NCBI GenBank assembly: GCA_024679065.1
Contig: JAGIQG010000006.1
Location: 78,988,001-79,052,000, forward strand
Direction of reading: 5' to 3'
DNA from: Sphyrna mokarran
Taxonomy: Eukaryota
DNA: 64,000 bases
The position numbers and the translations under genes are program-made. Positions within the stretch are counted from its first letter, which is position 1; every line of letters begins with the position of its first letter. Shown here in pieces: positions 1-13,500 of this stretch. The notes under the pieces are model-generated. The model did not search any database, was not told the origin of the DNA, and was given only the letters and a program-made list of their open reading frames with translations.

Positions 1-1647
1 GGCATTCCTTTGTTGTTCCTCTTTATTTTCCCCAAAGTCTTCATAGGATTTAAATTGAAACAATAATGGCCTATCTCAATAAAAAAAACTCACAAAGCCT
101 CAAGGGAACCATACTGCAAGCAGGAAGAAAAAAAATGAAAAATTGGTCATTAAATTTTTGAATGAATTTTCATTCTAAGCTTTTTAAACTTACTTTCATC
201 TTAAGTTAGTATTTGGTTGTAGATTATACATCACTCAGTGCATCTGCCAGATTCAAACCCAGATCCCCAGAACATTAGCTGAATTATTGGATTAATAGTC
301 CAGCAATAATACCACTAGGCTATCACCTCCCCTATGTGAGGCTGCTATTTTACTTTCAGTTTGTGCAGCAAACATCTCCTTCAATAAAACTTGTTATGCA
401 TTAGTTTGGATCCACCCGTGCAAAACCTGTGGGTTTTTGTTTAAAACCCACAGCCACTCACATGGGCATTTCAGATAATCACCTTGTTTGCCATATTATG
501 ATCGCATCTTCCTTGGTTATCAAGGGTGGGATGGGACTTGAACCTGAATCTTCTGGTGCAGGGACAAAAATGCTACGCTGTTCACTACACCACAAGACCT
601 ATGAAATAAATATACTATCAAATAAGTTGGTTGGATTTAAAATTGGTGTTGTAAAACTTTACTGAGTTTACCACAAGACCTCCCCAGCATCTAGAAACCT
701 TGAAATCTAATTATGTGGCCATGGTTTGGAAGTGTTATCAAGCAAGTGTGAAGATTGGAAATAAATGTGGGAAGTTTTATTACATCATTCTTGTGTCAAT
801 ATAATGAAGTTCCTTTCTTTGTGTAGCATCCTTGCTATCCAAAAGTCATTAATCATGGCTCACTGTTGCCATGATATCACAGTGGGACAAATGGAAGAGG
901 CAGGCCCTGAGAAATATCTCAGCCATTGTGGGGATAAGAATCCATGCTGTCGACATTATTCAATCCCAACTGAATTAACCAATCCTACATAATAAATCTT
1001 CAAACAAGAACTTGCTATACCCATATCCCAGGTGATTTGAAATATATGCATATACATGACAGCATATTATGGATTCCTGCCTCTTTTCGCTTTGCATGAA
1101 TCCCTCAAGAACTGGCATACATGGGCCATTTACATGGAGAAAATCAATTTGAAATTTAAGGAGTACATTTGCCTGGAGACCATGCCACAGCATCAATGCG
1201 GAAATTAGAGGATAACTTTAATTTTGCTCATCTAAATATTTTGATATAACCATGATGAAATCCCAGAGGATCTTTGTAGCTAACAAATGCCTAAAACTGT
1301 AAATGTTAACCTTCTAAACAAATCTCATAAATTTCTACTGCACAAATGGTCGATGTTTGCAGTGTAATGTGTAATGTTCAATTGTTCTGTGTTTGATTAG
1401 ATCATCTATTTACTGTGTTTGATTGGTAAGCCTAGGTGTGGACTCAGAGAAAAAGTAAGTAAACTGTAGAAGCAGAACATTTAAACCCTGTTACACACCT
1501 AGAAGCAAGTGTTATCTCTACATAGTTCAGAGATACCAAATATAAAGCACACTACAAACTTTACACGTGAAAGGCACAGCTTCTTTCAGATGTGGTCTAA
1601 GGATAAAAATAGCTGAATGTTATATTTTTAGAAAATTCCACTGTTCA

Positions 1648-1968
1648 CATAGACCATGGAATCCCTATAGTTCAGAAGTCAGCACCAACTCCGTGTCAGA
1701 GTATTTTACCCAGGCCCTCCCCCTGCCCTAACACTGTAATCCCACACATTTTACCATTACCAATCAACCTAACCTGCACGTCCCTGGACACTATAGGGCA
1801 ATTTAGCATGGTCAATCCACCTAATGTGAACATCTTTGAACTGTGGGAGGAAACCAGAGCCCCCAGAGGAAATGCATGCAGACATTGGGAGAACATATAA
1901 ACTCCACACACTCAGTCACCCAAGGCTGAAATTGAACGTAGATTTCTGGCACTGTGAGGCAGCAGTGC
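1648..1968 (-). mobile_element. HE1/V-SINE-type tRNA-derived SINE
   Basis: Reverse complement of the head (GCACTGCTGCCTCACAG) and V-domain (GGTTTCCTCCCACAG..AAAGATGT..TTAGGTGGATTG). Confidence 0.85.
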
Positions 1969-2019
1969 AGTAGTGTAGTGAGAAATGAAGTATGTATTAG
2001 CTCACCTTCCCAAGCACAT

Positions 2020-2880
2020 TACAATAGCAACAACATGTAATGTAACAAAACAGTCAGAGGCATTTCACGAAAGAATCCAGTAAAATTTGACATCCAGTCT
2101 AGAGATATGAGGACATTTGAACAAAATTTTGAACAAATAAGTAGATTTGAAAATGTGTCTTAAAGGATGGTAATGAGGTTGAGGTGGAAGAGTTTTAGGA
2201 CAGAATTTGGAGAATATTTCCTCAGCATTGAAGGCACCGTTGTGGATGATGGAGCAATTCAAATTAGGAATGGCCAAGAAGCCAGAATTAGAGGAGCACA
2301 GTGATAAAGAGAGGTTAGGCCACCAATAATTAAACAATTATTATTGCTTAATTGGGAGCTATTGTCGGTCAACAAGGACCAGGATAGGGGTGGAAGGAGG
2401 CAGGTGGCAGTGGTGGTCGGGGGTGGGGGGGGTGTTGGTAAATGTGGTGAAAAAATGAGATATGAATTAGAAAATGAGCAGCAAATTTCTACATTTTATG
2501 GAGGCTGAAAAGTAGGAAGTCAGAGAGGAGTACAATGGAATAATCAAGTCCCAAGGAGCAACAAAGGTGTAGCTTTAGATTTAGCAACAGATGACCTAAA
2601 GCAGGAACAGATTGGATGATGTTACAGAAGTGGAAATATAACATATTATTATTGTATAATAATATAAGTAATCTGCTGTTTTTTTCTGTTGTGCCCTCAG
2701 AGATCTAACATCAGTTCCCTCCTAATTCTCATCAACAAACTGTCCCCAGTGACACTATCTTGCATTAGTTTTCATGTACACATTGATGACCTCTAGTTAC
2801 ACCTCAATGTCATTTCTTACAACTCCTCTGTTTTGTCCAAATTATTAGATTTCTTGTCCTACATCCAGTATGCGATGAGC
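2020..2880. mobile_element. Decayed L2-type LINE fragments (3' part on minus 2020-2630; RT fragment on plus 2695-2880)
   Basis: L2-like 3' sequence and a decayed PQGS...FHMYADD region. Confidence 0.6.
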
Positions 2881-3159
2881 AGAAATGTTATACAGCTTCA
2901 AATTTGCAAGCGGTTTAGTTAGCCTCAGACAGGGAGAAGGATAGAGTCAGAGGCTACGGAATGGAGTTTATGACAAGGGATCAAAGACATAGGGCAGGAT
3001 TTTCCATGCCCCCGCAACTCTGGCCAGCAGGGGACTCTTCTGCTCCAGCTGCTGTCTGTGCATGAGAAATGGGTTTCCCAGCAGTGGGTGTTCACCATTG
3101 ACGGAACTGGAAGATCCCATTGATGGCCAATGGCTCCAATCTTATTTGTTGACAGAAAG

Positions 3160-3432
3160 AGGGAGTAGTATTGTCACTGCACTAACATTCCAAGACTCAG
3201 CATAATGCTCTGAGGATGCATGTTGGAATTCCACCATAGCAGATAGTGAATTTTGAATTGAATAAAAATCTAGAATAGAAGTCTACTCATGACTATGAAA
3301 CCATTTTGTCGACTTTAACTGGCTTGGTCTACATGTGACTCCAGAGCCATAACAATGTTACTCTTGCAGGATAATTAGGGATGGGCAATAAATGCTGGTC
3401 CAGTCGCGAAATCCATGAAAGAATTTTTTTAA
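3160..3432 (+). mobile_element. Second tRNA-derived SINE family (a fragment also lies at about 235-333, minus)
   Basis: Head ...GAATTCCACCATAGCAGATAGTGAATTTTGAAT, core CTACATGTGACTCCAGAGCC, tail AGGGATGGGCAATAAATGCTGG. Confidence 0.75.
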
Positions 3433-3444
3433 AAATTTACTCTT

Positions 3445-3640
3445 TCATCCCAAACTGGATATAGGATAAGAAACCTAACAATGTGGAAAAAACGGAAGAG
3501 TTGTAAGAAATGACTTGAGGTGTAACTGGATGTCATCAATGTGCATGTGAAAACTGATGTGGTTTTGTAAGATGGTGTTACTGAGGGGAAGCTTGTAGAT
3601 GAGGATTAGGAAGGGATTGATGATAGATCTCTGGGGAGAC
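3445..3640 (-). mobile_element. L2 LINE reverse-transcriptase fragment
   Basis: The C-terminus of ORF 3475-3981, PQRSIINPFLILIYKLPL...SFHMHIDDIQL, is a decayed PQGSILGPLLFLIYMLPL...FHMYADDTQL. Confidence 0.8.
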
Positions 3641-4789
3641 AACAGAGGTAACAGATTACCTGACACATGTTGGGAGGTAACAGAATGGAAGTTCCTATCA
3701 CATCTTTTAAGCTTGCAAAAGAAATCCATCACTCTTTTCATTATTGGAAATAAATCAGAGCAGACCAATCTCCTGCATGTCCTGAACAACCTGAATTTTG
3801 AATGATATTTATTGCCAGGAATCTTTTTCACATTAAATCTGTTTTTCACACATGCTCTGAAAAGGGTTGCCACCATAATATCAAAAAATCCATCCCAGGT
3901 GTTGATAGCTGCTTTGTGAAGAAATACTTTCCAGCTATCAATCCAAAATATGCCTTCTATTAGTTTGAACCTCCATCCCATTGCAATTTAGTTTTAAGTA
4001 ATGTTGTAGATGTATCTTTTTCATTCTGTGTATGAATACTGTGGTAGAGAACTTCAATAATCTGTGAGTTAAATTGCCTCTGTAACATAATAAAGTTGAG
4101 GATCATTGTAATTAAACCAGTTAGGCACAAGTGCAAGTGAAATTGGTTCTCTCTTTCCCTTACAGTTAACACCTGTTCTCTAACTTGTTATCCAAAATGC
4201 CCCAGGGCCAACTACAGCTTTGCTGAGATTATTATTTGATCCATCTAAAAACATACCATCCAGTTGACTGTAAGCTTAAAGCAAGATACAAAACTCCAGA
4301 CGTTTTATTTCTCCCTCACCAAGGGTAAACCTGTGATACTAATGTAGAAATAACTGGCCTCACTTTCAAGCCAGATCGGTGAAGCATTTTGGCAACACCA
4401 TCATTTGCAAACTGCACCTGTAGATTTAATGCATTCATCAAACCACATTACAGCCTCAGCAAAACCACAATTTTAAAATAAAGTCTTATTATTATAAACA
4501 TAATATTTAAAATCTATTACGTAATTACTAAAGTTTAACTTAAATCTTTATACCTATTTTTCTTCTGTTTTAATGCATTTACTCTACTCCATTTGTTTAC
4601 CATATCTTTTCAATGATTTGGTCCTGAACTTACAGTGATATAAATATTTTACATGTTCTACTGTCACTTTAAGAATGTTAAGATCCTGGTCTGAGTCAGG
4701 AATGAATAGTTGATATGTGAAAGTGAAGTTAAATAGTCAGAAACATGTAGTAAAGGCTGAGTGATAAAATGTAGCAGAAATACAATTGA

Positions 4790-5850
4790 TACTATGCCAC
4801 AAAGTCTCCAGTTTGTATGAAAATCGGAGTAACCCCACCTGTTTTTTTTAGTGTGATTTCCAGAGTGAACCTCCCACACTTTGTGTATCACAGAGTGCCG
4901 AAGTGAGATTCACTCTGAAAATCAGGGGGCAGAGCCTATTCCTGCTGGAGAGGCCACCAGCATAATGTTGGGTGGATCACTGCTCATGCGCCAATCTGTT
5001 AATGCCAAAATTAGTGCGTGTGCAATAGCCCTGCATTGCCAGCCTCCTGATCGCTGGCCAGCCTCGCTATCCTGCATTGCTGCTCTGTCAAACAGCTCAT
5101 CCTCTCAATCACTGCCCCCTCCCAAGACCACTGCAGGCTAGGCCAGCTGTGCCCCCCCCCACTGGCCAAATCACCCCCAGACAGTCCAGATGTCCCCCCA
5201 CCTGAATAGTTCCGACCACCCATGGAAACCCCCCCACCTACCCCCACACCCAAATGGCCAGCCCCAAACACCATTCACTCTCCCTCTTCTTGCAATACTA
5301 TCATAAAATATCCTGCACCACTAGCAATTGTCCTTTTTAGGCCCTGCTCTCAATAGACCCTGCTCCTTTGTCCCCCTGCCCTTGTGCCTGATGTCCAGAG
5401 GACAGTGCCAAGGTATTCCTTGAGCATTACCAGTTTGTCCCTTGGGCAGTGTCAGAGTGCCAGGCCGGCACTGCCAGGTTGACACTGGCCAGAGGGCAAC
5501 CCCTTTACCCACGACCTTCTTGGGGAGGGTGTCTCTATTTCCTCAAGAGGGATCAAACTACCTGTTCCCTGGTGGTGGCAAACAGTAGTAAACCTTGCTG
5601 GAGTGAACCATTCCTAGCCGAGGGTGGAGGGAAAGATGCTAGTGCGCCCAGAGACTTTAGTCCTGGGCCCGCTAACGGGATGTTAATCCTAATTTCAACA
5701 TTGAAATCAGCTCTGTGCCAATTTCCGATGCAGAGTTGATGGTGTTGAAAGTCCTAGTCCCGGACAAATGTGGAGGCTTGGTGCCCACTGGCGAGCCCGT
5801 GAAACAACCTTTGCTCATCAAACAATGTATCTGGGTGAGTGGGCAGCTAG
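4790..5850. mobile_element. Non-autonomous Harbinger-like DNA element (family also at 7565-8482 and inverted at about 50370-51308)
   Basis: Shared blocks (GGAGAGGCxxxCAGCATAATG, GCCAATCTGT, repeated GGCAGTGCCA/TGGCACTGCC motifs) among the three copies; no coding capacity. Confidence 0.6.
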
Positions 5851-5989
5851 ACTAGACCGAAGAATGCATGACCAGTCTCAGTATCACATAGCAATTGAGG
5901 CCAAAAGAGTGAGTGCTTGGATACAATATACAACTGATGGGCCAGTATGTGACAGGGGATATATACAGAAAAGGGGGCTAGTTGTCATT

Positions 5990-7310
5990 TGACGTATCAA
6001 TTAATCTGCACATTGCCATGTATGAGAAGCAGATCCATAACTCAAAGGAGAGTGCAAGGGACAAAGGAGGAATACCTGATCTGCAATTCCTGTCTCTTGC
6101 CAAGGATGGGGCATTTCAGATTGGAGGAGAGATGGGTGGCTGAGTGATCACAGATGTCATCACAGTGAAGATGCATCTAGCCTGCTGCTGGCAAATGGAC
6201 AGATATTTGCAAGGTAATTTGTGCAGAGACTGTGCAGAATTTTAATGTGATTCCTTTTGTCTTCCACTACAGGCCTTTGCAATCTGAAGCCAAGAGCACA
6301 GCCACAGCAGGAGATCAATGACCTTACTTCTGGTAAAATCACATCCCTGAACCGGAGGATGAACCATCACCTACTCCCTTTCACATCCTCCACCAACACA
6401 GTGACACTCACGAAGGGTTCACATTTAGAATCACAAGCACAGCTAGTGAGCACTTTGTAACATGAAGGAGTCTATGACCTGACACTTGGAGGATTGATGG
6501 ATACCAAGTCCCTGCAGAACTCTATAGTGATGATGGGTTTCTGGTTGTGGTGACAAGAAGTCTGCTAGACGTGCAGAAAAAGGTGAAGAAACATAAAGCA
6601 GAAATGTCAAAGATTATGTACAGCTTTATGCTGATGCTGGAGGATTCAATGCAAGCTATGAGTTCTGCCGTATCTAAGATATATGAGTGCATTTCTTCAT
6701 CCTGGGAAAGAACGGCAACTGCTATGGACAGCCAAGTCCACATTCTGGCACTCCAGCCCTTGGTTCCATATAGCAGTGGCTAGGTGATAGAGAAATGAGG
6801 CCCCTGAATATCCCTCCAGGTGCCATGGGTACAGAGATGGAGTAGTGTGACAGCCATCCAAGACTATCCTCTCAAGGCACCCTGATTATGAGTGGTCCGT
6901 CTTCATCCCCTTTATTTGTCACCCCAGAATCTCCAGCAGGTAAGGCCAAAGCAGATGTCCTGCATTCATGCGGAAGACTTCCACAGTGGATGCTTTCAAT
7001 GGTTACCAAATGGGGCAATCTCTGAGCAGACTGCCTCCGCTTTCGCTGCTGATGTCAGGGTTGCAGAAAAATATAATGTCTGCAAGCAAAACACCAGGAA
7101 TGTGTGAGAACACAAAGGTGGTACAGGTGTTTTAAACACATTCACTTTGTCACATGTAAATAATGCACTTTCTTCTGGCTTTACTTTGTTTGTGTGTACA
7201 CCATCATTATTTGATGCAATTAGCTTAACAATGTTGTGTGAATTCAATCTTTATTTGATGTTCATGCGTGTGTTGAGTTTTGTACTCGTCAGTCTGGTGA
7301 TAATCCACTT
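5990..7310 (+). mobile_element. Decayed Harbinger Myb/SANT-like accessory gene remnant
   Basis: From 6024 it reads EKQIHNSKESARDKGGIPDLQFLS, resembling the EKxAHNRRERxxTGGGxPDIxxL motif that follows the Myb domain; coiled-coil-like ORF 6547-6783 follows. Confidence 0.5.
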
Positions 7311-7564
7311 TTGTCACATTCTATCCTCCAGCTCCTGAGATTGCAAGAATATTGAATGCATTAGACCATACCAAGACCATATCAGAGGGCTTCTTCATTT
7401 AGACAGCCAGGATGCAACAGTAGATAGTACTGAAATCACCTTTTAGTCTCTGCATTTTGAAATTCCTATTTGTTCCTCTCCATTCAGGACCATTATGCCA
7501 GGTTCTTCCTCGTGTGCACTTCCACACTTGACCCCATCCACTCCCCTTTCTTGAAACCCTCTTG

Positions 7565-8482
7565 CTTTCTCCCAAAAAGATTCTAAGTGTCAAATTCGCA
7601 CGAAAACAGGAGTAAATCCTGCTGGATTTTTCAGCGGGATTTTCAAAATGAATCAGAGTGCACTGGTATGAATCTCATTAAAAATCACTGGGTGGGGCCT
7701 TTTCCAGTTGGAGAGGCTGGCAGCATAATGCTGAATGAGCCACTGTGCACATGCCAATCTGTCAGCACAGAGATCAGTGTGCACTGCCAGCTCCCTTACC
7801 AACCCCCCATGTCGGATCGCTGCCCTCCCAGACATGTCTGGGTCCAATCTCTCCTCACCCATGACAATTCCAATCTCCCGATTCCTCCACCCCCCCCCCC
7901 TCCCCCCCCCATTGGCAGCCATGACCCCCTTCCCACAGTTCTGATGCCTCACCTCCCCCGCAGCCCTGATCACTCTCTCTCCTCACCCCACTGGCCAGAC
8001 CCAACTGTTGGTTTTCCTCCCTATGTCACCAAACCCAAGTGCAGAATGCCAACAGGCACCCCCCACCCCCGAATCCCACCAATCTCCCCTCCAGAAGCCC
8101 TGCTCCTTTAGATCTGCCTCTGGCCCCACCCCTTGGCACTGCCTGATGACTGGTGGACGGTGCCAAGGTGTCCCTTGGTCATCACCACTTTGTTTCTTGG
8201 GCAGTGCAAAGGACATCTTCCTCTTATTCCCAACCTCCAGCGGGGCCTCCATGACCCCCCCTACAATCTGGCAGAATTTGACTGCCAGCTCCCTGATAGT
8301 AGGGAGCTATTGTATTCTGGAATAAAACACTTCTGGTGAGAGTGGAGGGGGGGTGGGCAGAGGCCAGTGGGCCCGGAGACTTTAGACTTAAAATTCTTGC
8401 TTAAATAATATACAGCTCTGTGCCCATTCCTGGTCTCCGCTTGAATCTCCTGGCTGCATTGCTTGCTGGGAGAATCATCCCA
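7565..8482. mobile_element. Non-autonomous Harbinger-like DNA element
   Basis: Termini TTCTCCCAAAAAGATTCTAAGTG ... GGGAGAATCATCCC; similar to 4790-5850; explains the Pro-rich spurious ORFs here. Confidence 0.65.
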
Positions 8483-9150
8483 ATACCTTGGGCTTATTAA
8501 CTGTACACAATACAGATTGCTCATCAGGGAATTGATAAACACATTGTGGGTTCATTTATTAAAATTACGCACGTGAAAACTCTTATACATAGGTTAAAAG
8601 CTTGAAAGCATCAGAGCTGTGTGTGTTGCGCTCTGAGCAAAACAAAAGTGAAGCTAAAATTGGATCACATGACACACCTCTTTTAGTGATGGCAAGCTGA
8701 TATCCCTTAAAGAAATTTTGCAACAAGAGAAGAATGGGAATTGGCAAAGTTGATTAAGTTTTTGAGTTTCAGATGGTAGCAGAAAGCAGTCTCCATATGG
8801 TAGTCAATGTACCAGAAAACAAGAAACTATCCTCAAGCTACCCCCAAACTGATTAAAATTTAAAAGACAGTAACAATAAAGCTTCAGCATCAACGTTGGA
8901 ATGATGATTTGGCCAAACACCTAGAATTAACAGTTCTGCAACCAAGCTGTTTGACTTGGGTGGATTGTATATATAAATGTTTACATCTACCAATGAGTGA
9001 AATTGTGGTCTGAAAGAGATGATTTGACCTGTCAACTTAAAGTTGTAATCTGCAAAAACTGATCATTTATTGATGGGTGTATTTTTGGTCTTGAGGTTGT
9101 GAATGGCTGCACAAAAATCCAAATTCCTTCTTTCATCGGCACCCAGGTCT

Positions 9151-9866
9151 GGGTATGGATTTTACTGTACTCAAGTATGCAGGTGACATGGAACATCGAA
9201 AGTTAGAACTGTGATGTAAATGTCACAGGCTGAATGTTCACCTCCATTTAGACGTGAGCTCAGAGGCAAGCATGGGTGATTTATGCTGCCAGCCAGGATG
9301 CCAGTTTCCTGGCACTGTCCTGCCATTGGGTCATTTTTCTGATAATGGTGTGAGGTTTGGAAGAGCTACCTACCCACTAGCAGAGGGTAACCTATTGAAG
9401 TAGATTAACTGGCCTTAATTGCCCATTTACAGTGGCCTTTTGGACCAGGGCATCTCCCTGGAGTTAACCTCCTGGCGATAGACTGTGGAGCAGCACTCTG
9501 TATTTGAAACCCTCTCTATCCTCTTACCTGAACAGAGGCTATAGCAGGGATTTCCCGTCTATAACAGTGGCCTGACTGCCGAGACCAACATATCAATTGC
9601 CTTAAAATGGAGGCACCACTCACACATCTCTTTCTTGCTTATGTGTACTGCAGGCTTCATTGCTTTCTAAGCTGGAAGGCCTCCAATTGGCCTTTCACAT
9701 TTTAAGAGCCCAACTGTTGTCCTTAATTGGATCTTGAGCCCATCCTCTGATCACTAATTGGTCAATTTGGGGAGAATCACAAGGAGTGACTATTTCCTCC
9801 ACTATGCAGAGTTGTAACCCTCTAATTGACTGCACTGCCCTGATCCAGAAGGCAAAAATTCTGCCC
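9151..9866. mobile_element. Decayed MITE/Harbinger-like element
   Basis: Imperfect terminal inverted repeats GGGTATGGATTTT ... AAAATTCTGCCC. Confidence 0.5.
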
Positions 9867-10239
9867 CACATCCCAATAAATCTTCCGTCTCCCTTCAGAT
9901 AGCTTGAAAATATTTGATACATAATGTGTGCAATATGGTAAGTCAGAGTCATACACCATCAACATGATAATAAGGTGGAAGTGCTTTTGACTGAACACAC
10001 ATATGCTATTGTTAGACAGTGCCTAAGTAATGATTTGCGTAGCAAGTCAGCCAAGTTGGTAAGAGCTTTAGCTGCCTTTCCAACTGCTCTGATTGCTTTG
10101 AGCCAATGTTGATGTACTCAAGTGCATTGCAAATAGTGCATTAATCAAAATGTGTGACAGCTTCTTTGGGTTGAATCCTGACTCATTTCTGTGCTTTCCC
10201 TCATTGGGACCTGGCATCGACCAGTTGCAGAGAAAAGGA

Positions 10240-10537
10240 AAAGTTTAAGTTTATTTATTAGTCACAAGTAGGCTTACACTAACATTGCAATGAAGTTACT
10301 GTGAAAATTCCCTAGTCACCACACTCCGACACCTGTTCGTGTACAATGAGGGAGAATTTAGCATGGCCAATGCATATAATCAGCACATCTTTTGGACTGT
10401 GGGAGGAAACTGGAGCACCCAGAAGAAATCCTCACAGACATGGGGAGGTTGTGCAGACTCCGTACAGATGACCCAAGCTGGGAATCGAACTGGGGTCCCT
10501 AACACTGTGAGACAGCAGTGCTAACTACTGTACCACC
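10240..10537 (-). mobile_element. HE1/V-SINE-type SINE (AATAAATAAACTT tail variant)
   Basis: Full head, V-domain and tail on minus. Confidence 0.88.
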
Positions 10538-13500
10538 CATTTGTTTCTACTTCGACTATCACTGGAAGGACAACACTCTCTGAAGGTTCTCATCCAGTTA
10601 TTTATTCAGGAACAGGCATAGTTTTGTCCCAGCTACTTGGACATCCTTACCTTTGTATGTTTTAACATGTATTGCTTCTCCACTAAGGATAACTACCTAG
10701 TGCTTAGCCTGTGGGTTGTCCCATGTAGTAGGCATGAATATTCGAATTAGTAGGCCATTCAGCCCCTCGAGCCTGCTCTGCTATTCAGTTAGGTCATAAG
10801 CATAACTTCCCTACTTTTGTAATCAATCTCCCTCACAATAAGCAATGAAATTTTATTAGTTTTCCTCATTACTCGCTGTTGTCATTGCTGCGAATGATTT
10901 TAGATCCTACCAAAGGATTTTAAAAATTGTTAACCCTTTTTACAAAATATAAAGATCAATTCATTAAGTATCAAGACCTGACAATATGTTGGTTTGAATG
11001 AGTTAAATAGTTTTATTAACAGGAGCTGCTTATTAATGAATCATGTCATCTAATGAATCCCTATTTTTAGTTGATACTGTTTGATCAGTTTTCTGTATTC
11101 CCAGATTTTTTCTGATTTTCGATTTCTAACATCTGCAGTATTTTTTCCCCAATTGTGTCTAAGGGCAGAATGTTATATGCCTCAAGGGAGAAGTTGACAG
11201 GGGGTCAGGATGTGTAAAATTGGGCATAATCCCATGAATGTCTTTCTCTGTGTCCCTCCAAACTCAGTTATTTTACGTATGGTGAGAAAAGCAACAGAAG
11301 CCTATTGATCATTGGAAACTGGTAACTTTGGCATCATAATCTTTTGGTAGTCTCAGAATGATGTTGCAATGTTAGACTGTTCTATTCCATAAGTAGCTAT
11401 ACCAACTTGCTGTTGCTCTGAAACCTTTGATGGATTCAGAGTTTGATTTGGCTCAATTTAGTGCATTATAAATACATTGCATTTTTTTGTGTCAAAGAAT
11501 CCATTTTGATGGTTTTTGAGGCCTCCACAATGATAAATGCTGCTTAAGATTAGGCCAGTGGCCGGTCCAAGTTCTCAGGCTGCATTTTCCCTTGGCCATT
11601 TTCTTCAGGGATTGCTTCTTTTTCACTAAAACTAAATTTCCTAATTCAAGGAGAGAATGCTACCAGATCCCTTCGTACATACTGAGGAAGTTACTACTCT
11701 GGCAACCTTGTCCTGTATTTCAATATATTAATAATACACCATCATTACTTGCTTATTCTACTTCATCATTGTAATCACTATGTAGCAGAATAGCAATCAC
11801 AGAACAAATTTCATTTGATTCAACCACTTTTATTTTACTCCAAGACATTTAAAAGGGAGCTTTTAAATGAACAAAGTTTGTTTATACATGTAAATTAACA
11901 TACATTATTGAAATTAAATATAAATTATTTTCTGCCTTTTCAGATGAAAAATCAGCACATACACCAGACTATTCACAATTAGTAGGTCCATGCATTCTAG
12001 TGAACTGTGACTATAGCCTGCGAAGGATACAGTCACAGACTGCCGTTTATTTTCATTAATATATTTTTCTATTGCCTCAAAAGTTACCTCTAAGTCAACC
12101 TCCGCCCAACCCTTCCTCCCTCCATTAGTTTAAAGCCAGTTTTGCCCACTTTGACAATATTTGGAGAAATAGAGGACATCAACCTGCCACAGATTGTGCA
12201 CATTTTTTTTAAACTTTCATCTCATTAAGTGTGGACATTTAGTTCCAGCATAAGTGACAACCCATATCCAAATGATCATTCTTCACTTGTGAACTTAAAT
12301 AATGAGCTTATTGAACTATAGGAAGCACCTTGGTCAAACCCAATGGCATCGTCTTGTAATGTCATGCCTTTGGAACTAGAATCATTTCTTTGAATACTTA
12401 GTTGTCACAAATTGTGGTGCCCACACCATTGACCTGACACAAGCATAATATAAATCAAGGATCAAATTTGGGACATTTTGGCATCAAACCTATTGTAACA
12501 TTAAGACGTTTGAGGTTGAGAGCTACGTATCTATAAACTTAGCTTATTTGAAAAATAAATTTCCAACCAAATCCTAATCTTTGTAGTGCTGTTTTTTCAG
12601 TGTAAGTACTTACTATCTGATATTTTAATTGGCTCCTGAAAGGTTAATGCGAAAAGCTAGTAGCAGTTATAAGTAGTGTTGTCAGGGATTTCTTTTAGTA
12701 TAAACAGGTGGGAATAACAGTGTAGGATTAGTAATGAGAACATAAGGAAAGAATTTAGTTCAGCTGATGAATATTTAAAAAAGCTGACATTAGCTTAGAC
12801 ATGATTTCAAATACCATAATCTACCTCTCGTTCTGTTATTTTGATATATATAATCCGCCGAAGCATTTTGATTTGCTGGAGGCAATTCATTGTCAGTATG
12901 GACTAAAAATAGTGAAAGAAAGCTTTCAAATCATTTTTACATTGCCATTTTTACATCTGCTGTCCTTATTAGGAACAAAATAAAATTATTCAACCTCAGA
13001 GACTCTCCTACGAAATGAAATATACCCTGATTTCTTCTGTGGAATTCTACAACTGCTTCCAATGTCCTTGGGCTAGGTAGGAGAAAGTTCTGCCAGGATT
13101 CCTTTATCACTTTTCAGTGACCTTTGTTGGAAAGTGCTCATGTTGGGACGAGGATTGGCTTGAACCTGGCTGTGCTCCAGAGTTAAATAACTCAATTGCT
13201 CAGCTTACACTTGCCGAATTGCTGTCAGCACTCAAGAAACCATTAACATTAGGAGAAGAGGAGAAGGGTTGGAATGGTGGTGGTGGGGGAGGGGTGGTGG
13301 AGGTGGTGAAATCTAGAACCACGATTGCAGTTTTGGTTGAGAAATGAAAATGTTACCGCACTGTTTATGAGTTTGATTCAGGTCAGCAACAGAAAATAGG
13401 CGTGGAGTCATTCCTGACCTATAAAATGTCCAGTATGATCTTGCGAGTGTAATCACCTCTATCACACCATATACTCCGGCACCCCCTATCTCACAAAGCA

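Noticed and set aside
827-992. Possible plus-strand terminal exon (acceptor TTTCTTTGTGTAG; SILAIQKSLIMAHCCH...) of a convergent neighbour such as ALS2CL
   Set aside because: No frame resembles a protein I recognise; evidence is insufficient
3475-3981. 168-aa minus-strand ORF
   Set aside because: The C-terminal third is decayed L2 RT and the rest has no recognisable homology; probably a chance ORF
7587-8111. 174-aa proline-rich ORF (and overlapping ORFs at 50664-51104)
   Set aside because: Artefacts of C/G-rich non-autonomous DNA transposon sequence
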